Shown piece after piece: positions 39,568 to 53,050 of a DNA stretch of 64,000 nt. Within the stretch, counting starts at the first letter, position 1. Each line of letters opens with the position of its first letter. This stretch comes from Tricharina praecox (lineage: Eukaryota). The stretch lies in assembly GCF_024521635.1 (NCBI RefSeq), contig NW_026250407.1, positions 868,001 through 932,000 on the forward strand, given 5' to 3'. Made by a program: the position numbers and the translations under genes. Below the pieces are notes generated by a model. That model was not told the DNA's origin. It made no database searches and saw nothing but the letters and a program-made list of their open reading frames with translations.

Positions 39568-42500
39568 ATGCCTGCCTGGCCACGAATACTCGGCTCGTCC
39601 TCGTCCTCGTCGTCTTCCAACACCCCTCCCCGTGGCCAACTACTAGACTCGACCGATGCCGCGTCCCGCTCCGGCACCCGGATGTCACCGCACAGTCGCT
39701 CGAGGTCCCATCACGTACCCTTGAATCGAAGTCCAGGCCCTGCCATGAGACGGAGCGACGGAGATCTACTGGGCACCGCCGAAGCCGAAGCCGGTCGGAA
39801 CATGGGCGACATGGGGACATCGAGACGCAACGGCCCTGGGGGAATGCCAGCGTCGGCGGAGCTGGTGAGCCGACTAAGAAGCCCTCTTGCGTGTTTCCTG
39901 CTGACCCCAGTGGACGCTCGCAGAAAACGGGACAGTGCATGTGCTGCGACTCTACCATCCGCTGGCCTTCGAATCTGCCGAATTTCCGCTGCACAATATG
40001 CATGACCATCAATGATTTGACTCCCGCAAAGCCTGCGGTAGGTGGTTCCGCAAATATACACTCCCGAAGACGTACTAGCCCTTAGTCTAATGTTTCGTGG
40101 ATCGGTAAACTGACGGGTGGAATCGCAGCGTCGCCAATATCTCTCGACACTGTGAGGACCATCATCGAGACATCGAAAATGGACTTCCTTGCCGATCAAG
40201 AGCTACAAAATCCACCGGTAACTGCTGAAGATAGCTCACGTAGTCCTCCGGCTTTCGAGGCGTCGGAACGAGCCAAGGAGGAAAGAGTGGGAGGAGGGCG
40301 GCCCTCAAAGCCCGGGTCGGTTCTTGATGATTTCCCACCACCTCCTTCGAGACCGCCGCCACCTCCTCCACCACTCGACGGAGCAGACTTGCGGAAGCCA
40401 CACATCCCCGAGTCGCGGGCGGGATACCCTGCAGCCGTCTGGGCCAAGCGTCATGCAACAAAGCTCTTCCAACCTCTGGAGAGCTACCTCAAGGCCACTT
40501 TCGGGAACTGTGAATGTCTAAACGCAAGTTTTGTGGATAGAAATGGCACAGAACCCACTGGTCCTGCAACCGAGGAGATTATCCCACCCATAAAGGCAAC
40601 GGTCGAAGTCGACATACCGGTTACACAGACTCCATGCGAGAAAGAAACATTGATGTTGACTGTAGGGAGGGCTGTCAGAAGGGAGCGAGCAAATTCCCGT
40701 AATGAAAGGGGATCTAAAACTCATGAATCCCGCCCTATCCTCCGAGCACCTCCTTGTATAGATTGGGATCAGGCTAGAGAGTTCTATGAATTGGTTTTAA
40801 ACACCGGGAACGACGCGTTGGCGATGATGCCTGCGAGTAACGAACTTCGTGACGAACTGCAGTACGCCATCGACGAGGCGAGGGTTGATATGTTAAAGAC
40901 CTTACTCAGGACGACAGAAAACATTCTTAAAAGGCCCGGCAGGCCACTCAAACGCCTGGAGGACACCCGATTCTTACTCGTCATCATTGCAAATCCACTG
41001 CTATATCCTGGAGCTGCTCGTTTTGGCTCGAGTCGGCCACCGCCGGCTCCCATTTCATCGCAAACTCAGCCCGCATCTCGGGTCCCACCTAACTCGGCAC
41101 AGCGGAGGGCGTCACAAGCTGGCAAAGATGCGATCATGGGGGGGCCTAGCTATCATTCCGGCATCCTCAAGCGTCTGTTTGGGCTCTTGTCGAATCTCCC
41201 GAACGAATGTCACCATTTCCTGATAACCTGGTTCAGCGTCATGCCGGCGAGACATTTCCGTCGGCTTGTCGAGCTCGGAGGCAGCTTTACTACATATCGC
41301 ATCTCGAGACAGGATACCAAGAAGCCCGTACAGCGGTCGTATAGTTTGAGGGGGAAGTTGCCGTACAGTGATGATTGGCAGATCAAGGCTACAGCCAGAG
41401 TAATGTCCTTGCTCGAGAAGGCGAATAACAACTCACTGGGGCGCCGAAAACACAACCGAAACCTTTCCCTGGCAGAGGTTGCTGACATTGCCAACATGTG
41501 GAGGCACGATATAAACCGTCGAGGCTTGATCATACCCAGCAACTCCTTCTACAACATGCGAGTGGACTACTGCGATCTGATTGCCGATTTCGACGCCTGG
41601 GAGTCTAAGCTCGCCAAATTTTGCTTCTGCCAGTATCCGTTCTTCCTATCGATGGGCGCCAAAATACAGATTCTCGAGCATGATGCTAGACGACAGATGG
41701 AGGTTCAGGCGCGGAATGCTTTCATTACCAACATATCCAACAGAACCACAATAAGTCAGTATATGGTTCTCAAGGTCAGACGGGATTGTTTGGTCGAAGA
41801 CAGTCTCAAGGGCATTAGTGAATCGGCCGGTACCATCGACGATCTGAAAAAGGGGCTCAAGGTGGAGTTTGTGGGGGAAGATGGTATTGATGCCGGTGGG
41901 CTGAAGAAGGAGTGGTTCCTGATGGTGGCGCGTGAGGTTTTCGATCCGAATCACGGTATGACCCCCTATAGATTAGATCCCGTGCCACCAGTACTGAGAG
42001 AAAACAGGTCTTTTTCTCTATGAAGAGGAGGCGTCCTGCAGCTACTTCAACCCTCACACGTTCGAATCGTCCGAGGAATTTTATCTGGTTGGCGTCCTCT
42101 TGGGCCTTGCGATCTACAACTCCACGATCCTCGACGTTACACTACCCCCATACGTTTTCCGAAAACTCATATATTTTGCGCCGCAATACGGCAAGAGTGC
42201 GGTTGATACTCGTGCGCGGCTCACTTTCCGACGGTCTTTGGAAGACTTGGCCCCTATCCGGCCGGCTCTGGCAGTGGGGCTGCAGCAGCTGCTCGACTTC
42301 GAGGGAGACGTCCAAGAGACGTTCTGCCGGGATTTCGTCGCGGAGACGGAGAAGTACGGGGAAAAAATCGTGACGCCTCTGTGTCCCGGTGGAGGGAACC
42401 GGCCCGTCACGAACGCTAACCGCAAGGAGTTCGTCGACCTGTATCTGAAGCACATCCTCGACACTTCGGTCAGCCGGCAATTCGAGCCCTTCAAGCGAGG

Positions 42501-42933
42501 CTTCTACACGGTGTGCGGCGGTAACGCGCTGTCGCTCTTCGGGCCGGAAGAGATCGAGCTGCTGGTGCGCGGATCGGGCGAGGCGTTGGACGTGCAAGCG
42601 CTCAAGGCGGTCGCCATCTACGACGGCTGGGGGGCGAGCAACCCGCCCGAGTCGGACACAGTGGTCAGATGGTTCTGGGGATTCTTTGAGAAGCTGTCGC
42701 CGCTCGAGCAGCGGAAGCTGCTCAGCTTCATCACGGGCAGCGATAGGATCCCCGCTATGGGCGCCACGAACCTCATCATCAAGGTGGTCTGTCTCGGCCA
42801 GGACTCCGAGAGGTTCCCCGTCGCCAGAACGTGCTTCAATCAGATCTGTCTGTGGAGATACCGCAACAGGGCGAAGTTTGAGAGGCTGCTGTGGAGAGCG
42901 GTCACTGAGAGTGAGGGCTTTGGGCTCAAGTAG
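39568..42933 (+). CDS. HUL4: HECT E3 ubiquitin ligase (Hul4/HECTD2-like, multi-exon)
   Basis: N-terminal CMCC..CTIC Zn motif, FCQYPFFLS, LKVRRDCLVEDSL, GEDGIDAGGLKKEWF, catalytic PVARTCFN, C-terminal EGFGLK. Confidence 0.92.
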
Positions 42934-44535
42934 GTAGTGCTGCAGCTGCGAGTGTAGGTTGTTGTTTTTTTTTTTTTTTTTGTTTCTGGTTTGTTTGCTT
43001 TTTTTTAGGTTTTTCTTTTCTTTTAACGATTGTAATACCTATCATGGCTCGTGTCTGTCTGTTGGGGCCGGGGAACTTCATCTTCTCTTCAGACCTTCTG
43101 TTGCATGTAGTATAGCATAACTTCATCGATTAGCGATCATCGGATTATCCCCACCTTCCCCCCTTACATACACACATGTGCACTTTGACTTTGTCACAGG
43201 ATTTTCGTCTACGCGTTTAGGTGCCGTAGATAGATGGTCCCTGACTACTGCCTGGTTTCTTTTTTTTCTCTACTTTGGATATGGGGATCTGGATTCTGGG
43301 TGGATTGGCAGGTTTTTTTTTGTTCTTGAGAGTGTTTTTTTTGATCATTGATCATTGGAGAATTGCAGTTTTTTCTTCTTTCTTTGTGGCTGTTGGCCCT
43401 TGGGCGGAGTTGAGCGCGTCGTTTTCTATGCTATGTATCATACCGTAGTACCTACTCTATTCTATGCTGTTCTCGGCTTCCATTGATGGTCTATGTGTGC
43501 CAATCCATGGATCCGTTTGCAACTGGCGGCGACGATTTCGATGTTTTGTTTCGATGTTTCGATGCCGTTCGATCGATTACCCATGGGAGCGATGATGTGG
43601 GGGGAGGGGTATCGGCACCAGTTCGTCCACGGCCTAAAGTAAAGCTACCGATGTGGGATGACGTCTTGGACTCTTGGACTCGTAGTCTTGGGCTTGGTCT
43701 TGGTTCTTGGACTCTTGGTTGGGCTCGCTTCAAGGCTGAACGAGCGAGCGGCCGGGCCGGACGGAGTGGCTGGCTGGCTGGCTACGTAAGTACACGGCTA
43801 GTACTTTTTAGTTACGATGGTGCGGATACACGATGTCATATATAGCACGCAAAGTACCGTACATAGAGTACCGTAGAAGTGGAGCTTGAAGCTTCGCGGA
43901 ACGGGACGCGGACGGGGACGCGGACGGGGACGGGGCGGGAATGGGGGAGTCGTGCGATGTGATGGACATTGGAGGGGTTGGGTTCTCGGGATAGACGGTA
44001 TCGTACCCCACGCGTTCGTCGAACCTAGAGTTTGTGAGTGAAGAGTGGGGGGATGGGGGTAGAGACATTCGTTGGGACTTTGAACCTCCCCCTCCACCTT
44101 CACCCTCGGCTCACTGTCCGTCTTACACTCCATCGTTCTGACCCCGAGTGGCCGAGGGGCCCTGCAGAAACTCGCCAGCACCGATGTTGAGCCTGCGAAA
44201 TCGATGGTCGAGGGCGAGACATCTTGTTGATTCATTAATTTGTTTTCTTCAACAATTATTTTTTCTCTCCCCGCTTTGATCGGCGTCTGTCCCCTCCCCT
44301 CGCCGATGGGTTGACATGTCCCTTTTTCCGCGGGTGCGATCGCCCACCAACCCCACGGATCGTCACCGACGGGCGCACCCGTTTCGCCGAGACGTGTGTG
44401 TGTATGTGTGTGTACTCGAGTATGTAGAGTGTATGTATACGCACACATGGAGATGGACGAGCAGGAGGCTTCGGGGTGCTTACGACCGTGGGCGGCGGCG
44501 GCGCGGGTAAGCAGGTGCCAGGTGCAAAGAATGCT

Positions 44536-44612
44536 TTTGTTTTCGTTTTTGTTTTCATTTTCGTTTTTGTTTTCATTTTCGTTTTTGTTTTCATTTTCGT
44601 CTTCATCTTCAT
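44536..44612. repeat. Degenerate TTTTCR/TTTTGT hexamer tract (18-bp higher-order unit)
   Basis: TTTTCGTTTTTGTTTTCA repeated about 3 times, grading into TCTTCA. Confidence 0.8.
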
Positions 44613-45645
44613 CTTGAGTTCCATGTGCCATTTAGGTAATGGCTGTGAGACGCTCAGAACGGAGGAGGCTGCAGCTGTGCATGCTCCACCGTTTTTTCTC
44701 TTCGTTTCAATGTGGAGTTCAGCCGGAAAAGAAGTGCAGATAGGAAAAGGAGCGGTACGTATCATACGTAAAAGCAAACAGAGTGTGTAGGTATCTCGAG
44801 CTGGAGATCCAGGCACTGTGCTCCAGCGTGGGTCGGTCGCTCCACGGTGACGGTGGTATGCAGCTCTCGGGCTTCACGCCGACCTCGGTGCTCGGCCTGC
44901 GGACACATACCCACCCAAGTACCGTATGTACTTTCCGAATCCCGAATCCCGGGCTGCGGCTTCGCGGCTCGTACCTGGTATGGCGGCGTGGACGGAATGG
45001 CGCAGCGAGAATGGGACGATTAGTACCGGTAGTTGGTGCGAGGACAGGGTGCCTCGTCACCGGCCGGCCTGGTAGAGTACGGTAACCAAGTAAGTACTGA
45101 TCCAAGTACCTATCTGCGTCCGAGGAAACAGCGGGCCCGCCCCATGATTGTTGTCTCTCTGCCCAGAGCCCAGCCGGATGCATCCATCATCGACCATCCA
45201 TCATGCTCCGTAATCTTCTGGCGTGGGACGTGGAGTCGAGGCGTGATGTTTGTAGCCCGAAATGGATCATCTGCGGGATATCGATAGCTACGTTAGCCCT
45301 CCCCCCCCGGCCATGTTTCTTGGTTATCGTGGTGGGGTTGGTGGCTTGTCGTCGGGCGTTGGCGGGGTTGGCCGTGCTGTCCGGCCTTTAGCTTCGTTCC
45401 TTCCCATCCATATCCGTGTCCAGGAGCTTGGGTGCTTAGTTACCAAACACCTGCTGCTGCTCCCCTCACCTTACCTCCCCTCCACCTCCAAACACAAACC
45501 CCACTCCCTCCCCGCTTCTTTCTTCTTTAACATCAACTCAATCCCTCTCTCCCTCTGTTGCAAATTCCTTCATCCATCCATCCATCCATCCATCCATCCA
45601 TCCATCCATCCCACAGACTTTATACCCTTCAATCACATCATCACC

Positions 45646-47366
45646 ATGTCCGGACTTCCCGCCACCATGAAGGCTCTCCGGTAGGTTCCCCGTACCTTTT
45701 GGCCTACTACTGCTGCTCAGATCCGGCATTGCCCTGCTGGGCTGTTGTCAAACCTGAGGTGTCCGTCAGCACAATTGTAGATGCATTGACTGACCGCGCA
45801 TAGCTACGACAAGCCCAAGTCGTACGCCGTCGTCGAAGTCCCTCTTCCCAAGCTCCGTGAGAACGATGTTTTGGTATGATCCTTTCGATTCTTGTCTGCT
45901 CCGACGACCACTGGCTCAGTGCTGACGTTCAATTCGATATAGATCAAAGTCAAGGCTTGCGGTGTTTGCGGAACTGTTGGTCTCTCCGATGCCGATCAAA
46001 TCGATGACGCCGATGGAAGAACACCGAGCTGATGATTGCCCTGTAGGATCTGCACATCCACGATGGAGAGTTCATTGCGAAGGTACGTCGTTTGTCGTTT
46101 GTCGTTTGTCGTTGATACTCAATGGGGCCGGGGGCGGGCACTCTATTATATGTGTTTGGGGAGTGGACACCTCTTTGGCCCCATCTTGTGCGGACACCTC
46201 TATGGATACCCCACCTCCCACAACTGGATCCACCCCCACCTCCCCAATAATGTCCCATCCTTCCAATCGATGCACATAAATCACGTCTTCAAGTACCAAG
46301 CTTACATTATTCATAATAGTTTCCTCTGATTCCCGGTACGGATAGCCAATGCACTTTACCACCACTCTACCGTACTGATATGTTCCTTTTTATTAGGCCA
46401 CGAGACCGTCGGTGTCGTTGCTGCTATCGGACCTGCCGTGAAGGACTTCACCATCGGCGACCGTGTCTGCGCTGACAACTCGGAGCTCTGCGGAGAATGC
46501 TTCTACTGTCGCCGTGGTCAGACTTTGCTCTGCGAGCACTTCGAGGCCCACGGTGTCACCAGTAAGTCTCCGGGCGAGTGTTGGGGTTTTGGATGATTCC
46601 GTCTAACACAGTCTGCAGTGGACGGTGGTTTCGCTGAATACTGTGCCTACCCTGCTGGCAAGGTCTTCAAGATCCACAACTTGAGCGATGTTGATGCCAC
46701 CCTTTTGGAGCCTGCCTCGTGTGCGTGCCACGGTCTGGAGAAGATTGCCCCTAAGCTTGGTTCAACCGTCCTCATGTTCGGTGCTGGTCCCACCGGTCTC
46801 TGTCTTGCCCAGCTCCTCAAGCACAACGGTGGATCCCACGTCGTCATTGCCGCCCCTGGAGGGTTGAAGTTGGAATTGGCCAAGAAGCTCGGCGCTGCCG
46901 ACGAGTACGTAGAGCTCTCTCGGTCCAACCCCGAGGCTCAGTTCCAGGCCCTCAAGGATGCCAACCCATATGGTTTCGACATCGTCGTTGAGGTATGTGA
47001 TATTAAACCCCTCGTGTCTGTGACGGACCGAGCTGATATTCCCATCCATAGGCCACCGGATCCGCCAAGATTCTTGAGGATTCGATCCACTACGTTCGCC
47101 GTGGCGGTAAGTTGGTTGTGTACGGTGTCTATAGCGACTCTGCGCGTGTGACATGGCCTCCCAGCAAGATCTTTGGAGACGAGATCACCATCCTCGGTTC
47201 CTTCTCGGAAACCCACATGTTCCCGGCCACCATCGGCTACCTTGACAGCGGCAAGGTGAAGGTTGAGGGTATCGTCAACAAGACTTACAAGCTCGAGCAA
47301 TGGGGCGAGTGCCTCGAGGCCATGCGCAACAAGACTGCCATCAAGGCTGCCATTGTTTTCGACTAA
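45646..47366 (+). CDS. Zn-dependent medium-chain polyol dehydrogenase (D-arabinitol dehydrogenase-like, multi-exon)
   Basis: KACGVCGT-DLHIH, GHETVG, structural Zn CGECFYCRRG...C, DGGFAEY, LLEPASCACHG, GAGPTG. Confidence 0.9.
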
Positions 47367-50300
47367 GCGTTTTCTCCCTTTCTGTTCCGTCCTTTCGTAC
47401 TTCCATTTTGCGTTTTACTTTGTCTGGCTGGATCCCGGGGGTAGACGTATGGACGGAAAAATGTGGGCGAGTTTGTGTTTCTTGATATCTTTTGCCTTGA
47501 GCATGCATGTATGCTCTATTCGTGGATCGAGGAGAGGCAATAGAATGCAAGCAGAATTAAAAAAGCATCCCGTGCAAACCGTGCAAACAGATTGATATGA
47601 TGTGATGATGCGTAACCCTCAGTAAACGTGTCGAACCCGTTTGGTGGCCATCAATGTTTAACCTCGACACGATTCGAGACGATCGTCCTGGGGTATTACT
47701 TGTGAGGTCCGTTACGAACACTAGGTAGTTGGCAAAACACGAGGGATTGGCGTCTCACATAGATTTGGTGAAAACTCGAAACCCGAATGCTGTGTGCCAT
47801 AACCGAGTGGATGGAATCGCAAACACTATTCGCCTGCAATCTTGACTGGACATAGATAGAGTAGAGTACATAGAGTATCTTTCTCATAAGAACGTCCTAC
47901 ACTCCCCCGCTAGCTCCAACCGTTATATAGCCCCCTGGTACCTACTCTATCTAAGTAGCCTACACAGCCTATGTAGAGTAGATAGCCTACATAGCCTACG
48001 TAGAGTACTCTGTATAGATTACATAGAATACAACCGGGCACACCCGGAACTACCTAGCATGGTTGGGGTTATCTAGTGCTGGAGTAAGTGGACATTCGGA
48101 TCAGGGGAATTAAAATCCAAATGCGGGAATACATTAGCATTTAATACTTTTATTTAATCTTTTTTTTCCAGGCGTCCGCAGCTAACTGGTCCCGCCGAGA
48201 ACGAAAATCACAATATCGCGGCCAGTTATTGCCCGTTTTCTTTAATAAAACACACCTCTGGACTGCACTGTTTCGCTCGTTCCATCAGTTCAATTGTTCC
48301 ACCGGTCTGTCACCGTTGACCGGGCGTCCGCAGCCTACTCCAGAGGTCCATGGCCCCGCCGGGACCGAAAATCACGATTTCTCGGCCAGTTTTTGTCAAT
48401 TTTCCAAGGCGCAGATATACAAAGCTCATCAACAGGTTAGCGATAAGCTGGAATTGTAGCAAATTTGTAGGTAATTGTTTTCCATTTATGTACATAATAT
48501 TCTTTGTCACAACAATTAGCCATCATATTGTGCTGCCAAGACGTCCTGATCGGGTAATCAGGTATGCCAAGATTTCCCAATCGGGAGCTCAGTCGTGCTA
48601 AGACCGGGCTGTGGCAGCCTTGCACCTGGACATTCCCGGGGCCTCCCCATACTAAATCATTTTTCGTCTATTTATTTTGGATTTTGGTTGCCACTCAACC
48701 ACAACGTTTAAAAAAGATCGGGCTCTTTGAAAATTATCTCCTTCCTCTTCCCTATCGCTGTAAAGAGCTCTTTTTTTAATTAGGTTGTTGTTGTGAACTA
48801 ACCGAACGTCAAAAATGGGAGTGAAAACACTCCGGGTCTAGTTGTCCCCAACCATACTCTACATATCGATCGTCGGGAAGATTAGGGTAGCACACGACAT
48901 GGCTAGGAGCACGGTGCGCCGTAGGTACCTTTACATGGAGTAGAATACATTCAGCCCTATGTACCCATCCACCCAGCAAAAGTACCCCGACGGCGAGTGA
49001 TGCACCATGCACTCCTCCTCAAGGCTCCCTGGCTCTCCTGGAGTCCCGGTGGTCCGATCGCTGCGTACGCGTTCGGGCTTAAGACTCCGCGGGGTTGGGT
49101 TTGATCTGTACTGGTACGTGAGGCAGAGCTGGACAGCGGGCGAGCGGGTGGGTGGACAGTGAACAACAGGTGAGCGGGCGAGCGGGATATTTGGGGGCGG
49201 CGGGGGTTGTAATGCGGCGAGGGGGCAGGGACTGGCGCTGTGGCGGCGCTGTGGGCGGCGATGTGTTCATGCTTATGGGCATGCAGGGTACCGTACCTAC
49301 TGTGGGCGGTGAGATTTCCCTACATACGGCACCTACATACCCAGGTCCCAGGGAGCTCCAGCGGCCAGTCTCCAGCATCCAGGACGGGGCTGGATGGAGT
49401 TCGCGACTGGACTGGACGGGATGGGACGAGATACTGGTATGGTATGGAATGGGATGTCCGTCGGAGCTCTTGGTTAGTTGCCGCCGTATGTACCCACCTA
49501 TATACTCGCGTTTTGGAGCAGCAAGGCGTGGGCACTGGGTTTGAATCGAAGCTGTGCATACCTTCTTCATACCTTAGGTCCTTAGGCGTATTGTACATAC
49601 GCAGCCGGCCCGCGCATCTCACTCACTCGTCATCGCCGAGTCGCCGACGTGCGGTACCGACGATCACTGAGCTACCCAACGCGCGACAAGCTCAAGCTCA
49701 GCTACGCCATGTGACATGTGACACCAGCGGCTGCGCTGGATCGTGGTGTTGCTGTTGGTGCTGGTGCTGGTTCCAGTTCGCTGTATGTCTCACGGGTGTC
49801 TTCCCCACATTGTGTTGTGGCCAACCGGTCGTGTCGCCGACTACCTATTCGTACGGTTACTCCAGTTGGGCTGGTCACGTGCGATACGGTTGTCTGCCAT
49901 TTGGGTTTGTACTCTATGTAGCCCGTGACGGAGAAAGCAGTGAAGCGAAGGAAGTATCGAGATGCAGATATAGTAGAGTTGTTATACGGTACATAGTAGG
50001 GTTATTGCTTGCGGGGGGAAGTCAAAAGTTCAAAATGCACATGAGTGGCGGATCCCGCGTTCTCGCCGGCAGTAGTCGCACAGGTTGCAGTGGGCAGACA
50101 AGCAATAAGCAACGAGCAATAACAACCTGCAGCCAGGCAGGAAGGGGGAGAAGGAAGGCAAGCAGGGAAAAAGGAAAGAAAAACTACCGATCATACCTAG
50201 ACTACCGTCAGGACGTTGGCTTACTCTACTGGAGCTGTTCTCCAGGCTTCTCTGCACTACATATATGTACGTATTTTGCTCAGCTGTTGCTCGTATGTTG

Positions 50301-50991
50301 CATGCAATCGCGAGTGTCTCGGGGGGATGGGGGGGTTGTTTGAATCTAGCCGCGGTTGACATCGGATACTCTATCCCCAGTCCAGTCCGCCAACTTGTGC
50401 TTCGTGATCCACAGCGCCCTGCGTGCTTCCGTGACAGGCCCGTGGCCAATAAGTATAGCCAGGTAGCACCCGCCGTGTGAACGTCCTGTCTGCCTAAGTA
50501 CCTGCCGCTGCCATTTCTTTGAGAAAAGCTCCCCCCTCATCCACCATCCTCCATCCTCCATTGTCGTCGTCGCAGCCGTCGTCGTCCATCGGATTTCAAT
50601 CGACTACATAACCACCAAACGTAAAGCGAATTACCTAACAACGCGTCAATCAATCGGTAGTTCTTCGGCCTTCGGATGTCCTCACGTGCTACACAGTGTC
50701 TCAACCCACCACCACCGCCGCCGCCGCCGCCGCCGACTAAGTGAAGTGAGTGACTCAGAAAGTCCGCACTGTGCTGCTCTTCAACCGGTCTCTGCATTAT
50801 CTCCCCTCCGGATTTAATCTGCATTCGATTTTATCTCCCATTCCCCTCCCTCCGCCCGCTTCAATCCCCAATCCCCAATACCATACCAAAACAATCCCAT
50901 ACCATACACGAGATAATCGATTGGATCCCCACACGGCCGGATTCTATTGCGCCGACCCCGACCCCGCGCCTTGCACGACGCTCCTACATAC

Positions 50992-51037
50992 TCCTCCTCC
51001 TCCTCCTCCTCCTCCTCCTCCTCCTCCTCCTCCTCCT
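50992..51037. repeat. (CCT)n microsatellite, ~15 units, upstream of the PDK start codon
   Basis: Uninterrupted CCT repeats. Confidence 0.9.
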
Positions 51038-51121
51038 CGAAGATAGTACCCGTCCCCCCCACACACGCAACAAACGACTCCCGACGATAGCCTTGGGCAG
51101 GGCTCCAACACTACTTCAAAC

Positions 51122-53050
51122 ATGTGGAAACCTTCAAAGTCCTTGATGGACAAAATCACCCATTACAGCACGTTTCCGGCAACGGGGGTGAGCTTACGGC
51201 AGATGGTACAGTTCGGGCAGAACCCTTCACAAGGTAAAATCACACCTCCCCGGACAGATGGATGAATGGGTGTGTGGATGGAAGGATGGCGGGGTGTGTG
51301 TGGGATGTGGATGTGGATGCGGATGCGGATGTGGTAGAGACGAAGGCGCGGGAGAGAGAGAGGGGGGAAGTGCTGCTGCTCGTGATTGCGGGGCGGGGCG
51401 GGGGAAGGGAAGGGGGACATGTCGTTCGCGTTCGTTGCTAAAACGTCCGGATAGGCACACTATTCCGAGGCGCACAGTTCCTGAGCGAGGAACTGCCGAT
51501 ACGGCTGGCCCACCGCGTAAAGGAGTTGAATCAGTTGCCCGATGGCCTGAATGAGATGCCGTCGATACAGAAAGTCGCCAATTGGTATGCGCAGTCGTTC
51601 GAGGTACTTCCCATCAGACCGCGCGTCCCCCGCGCGCCCCGCCCTGCCCCGCCCTGCCTAGTCCAGCCCCGCCGCCGCCGAATACACCCCCCGGATTATG
51701 CATCTGACGTGAAGGTGTGCAATTAGGAAATTACCGAGTTGACGAAGCCGAAACTTTCGAAAGAGATCAGGGATAAGCTGATCAATGGCGGGAGGATGAA
51801 TGGCGCGCAAACTTTGCCGGCGACGACACAGAACCCCGATGTCGTCCCGGGAACATATCGAAGCTCCCCATGGCAGAACGGCAATGGGAATGGGAACGGG
51901 AACAGTAAGAAGGGTATTCGGTGAGTGATGAGGATCAAATCCCCCCCTCCCTCCCCCCGAGAAAGGGCAATCGTCAAAGACTAGGAGGTTGATTTGGGGG
52001 GAACTTTGAAGACGGTATTATGCTTCGGTGGACGAAGGCACACATTGGCCCCCGGAGATCGTCGATTACAACAACCGCTTCACGAAGCTGCTACAGACAA
52101 TCAAGCACCGTCACGACCCGGTCGTCACCACCATGGGTATGCTTCCATCCTGGTGCTGGGGCACTGTATCTATTGCTTGGCTGAACTGGGACCTTTCAAA
52201 GCGATGGGTATCAATGAATACAAACGGCAGAAACAACGGATGCAAATCGATAACTCGATCCAGTCCTTCCTCGATCGCTTCTACATGTCACGGATAGGCA
52301 TACGGATGCTGATCGGCCAGCACGTCGCGCTCAACTCGATGCCCGAGAACGACGATGAATACGTCGGAATAATCTGCACCAGAACCAACGTCAAGGACCT
52401 CGCCCAAGAGGCCATTGAAAACGCGCGCTTCGTGTGTGAGGACTACTACGGCTTGTTCGACGCTCCCAAGGTGCAGCTGGTGTGTCGGCCGGATCTGCAC
52501 TTCATGTACGTTCCGGGACACCTCAGTCACATGCTCTTTGAGACGCTGAAGAACTCCCTTCGCGCGGTTGTCGAGACACACGGCAGCGACTCGGAGGATT
52601 TCCCCCCGATCAAAGTCATAGTGGCCGACGGTAAAGAGGTGCGTTGTGGAGCCGCGGACTCACTGGGAGACACTAACGATGCGGGTGTAAAATAGGACAT
52701 CACCATCAAGGTTTCGGATGAAGGCGGTGGAATCCCCCGCAGCGCCATTCCGCTAGTATGGACGTACATGTACACCACCGTGGAAGCGACGCCCTCGATC
52801 GAGCCCGACTTCAACAAGAGCGACTTCAAAGCACCGATGGCGGGCTTCGGATACGGATTACCGATATCACGGCTGTACGCACGGTACTTTGGCGGCGATC
52901 TCAAATTAATATCCATGGAGGGGTGTGTTTTCCCCCCATCCGTCCACCAAACTGCCGTGCAAAGATGGAAAACTGACACATGACAGCTACGGGACGGACG
53001 TGTATCTCCACCTCAACCGACTGAGCAGCTCGTCAGAGCCTCTCCAATAA
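51122..53050 (+). CDS. Mitochondrial pyruvate dehydrogenase kinase (PDK/BCKDK family, multi-exon)
   Basis: [81 protein letters not shown]. Confidence 0.96.

Noticed and set aside
43798..44816. 277-aa and 186-aa ORFs with ENKN/MKTK repeats
   Set aside because: These are translations of microsatellites in the dehydrogenase upstream region.
49240..50343. 367-aa ORF on the + strand
   Set aside because: Non-ATG start, Cys/Trp/Arg-rich random composition and no recognisable domain; probably a chance intergenic ORF.
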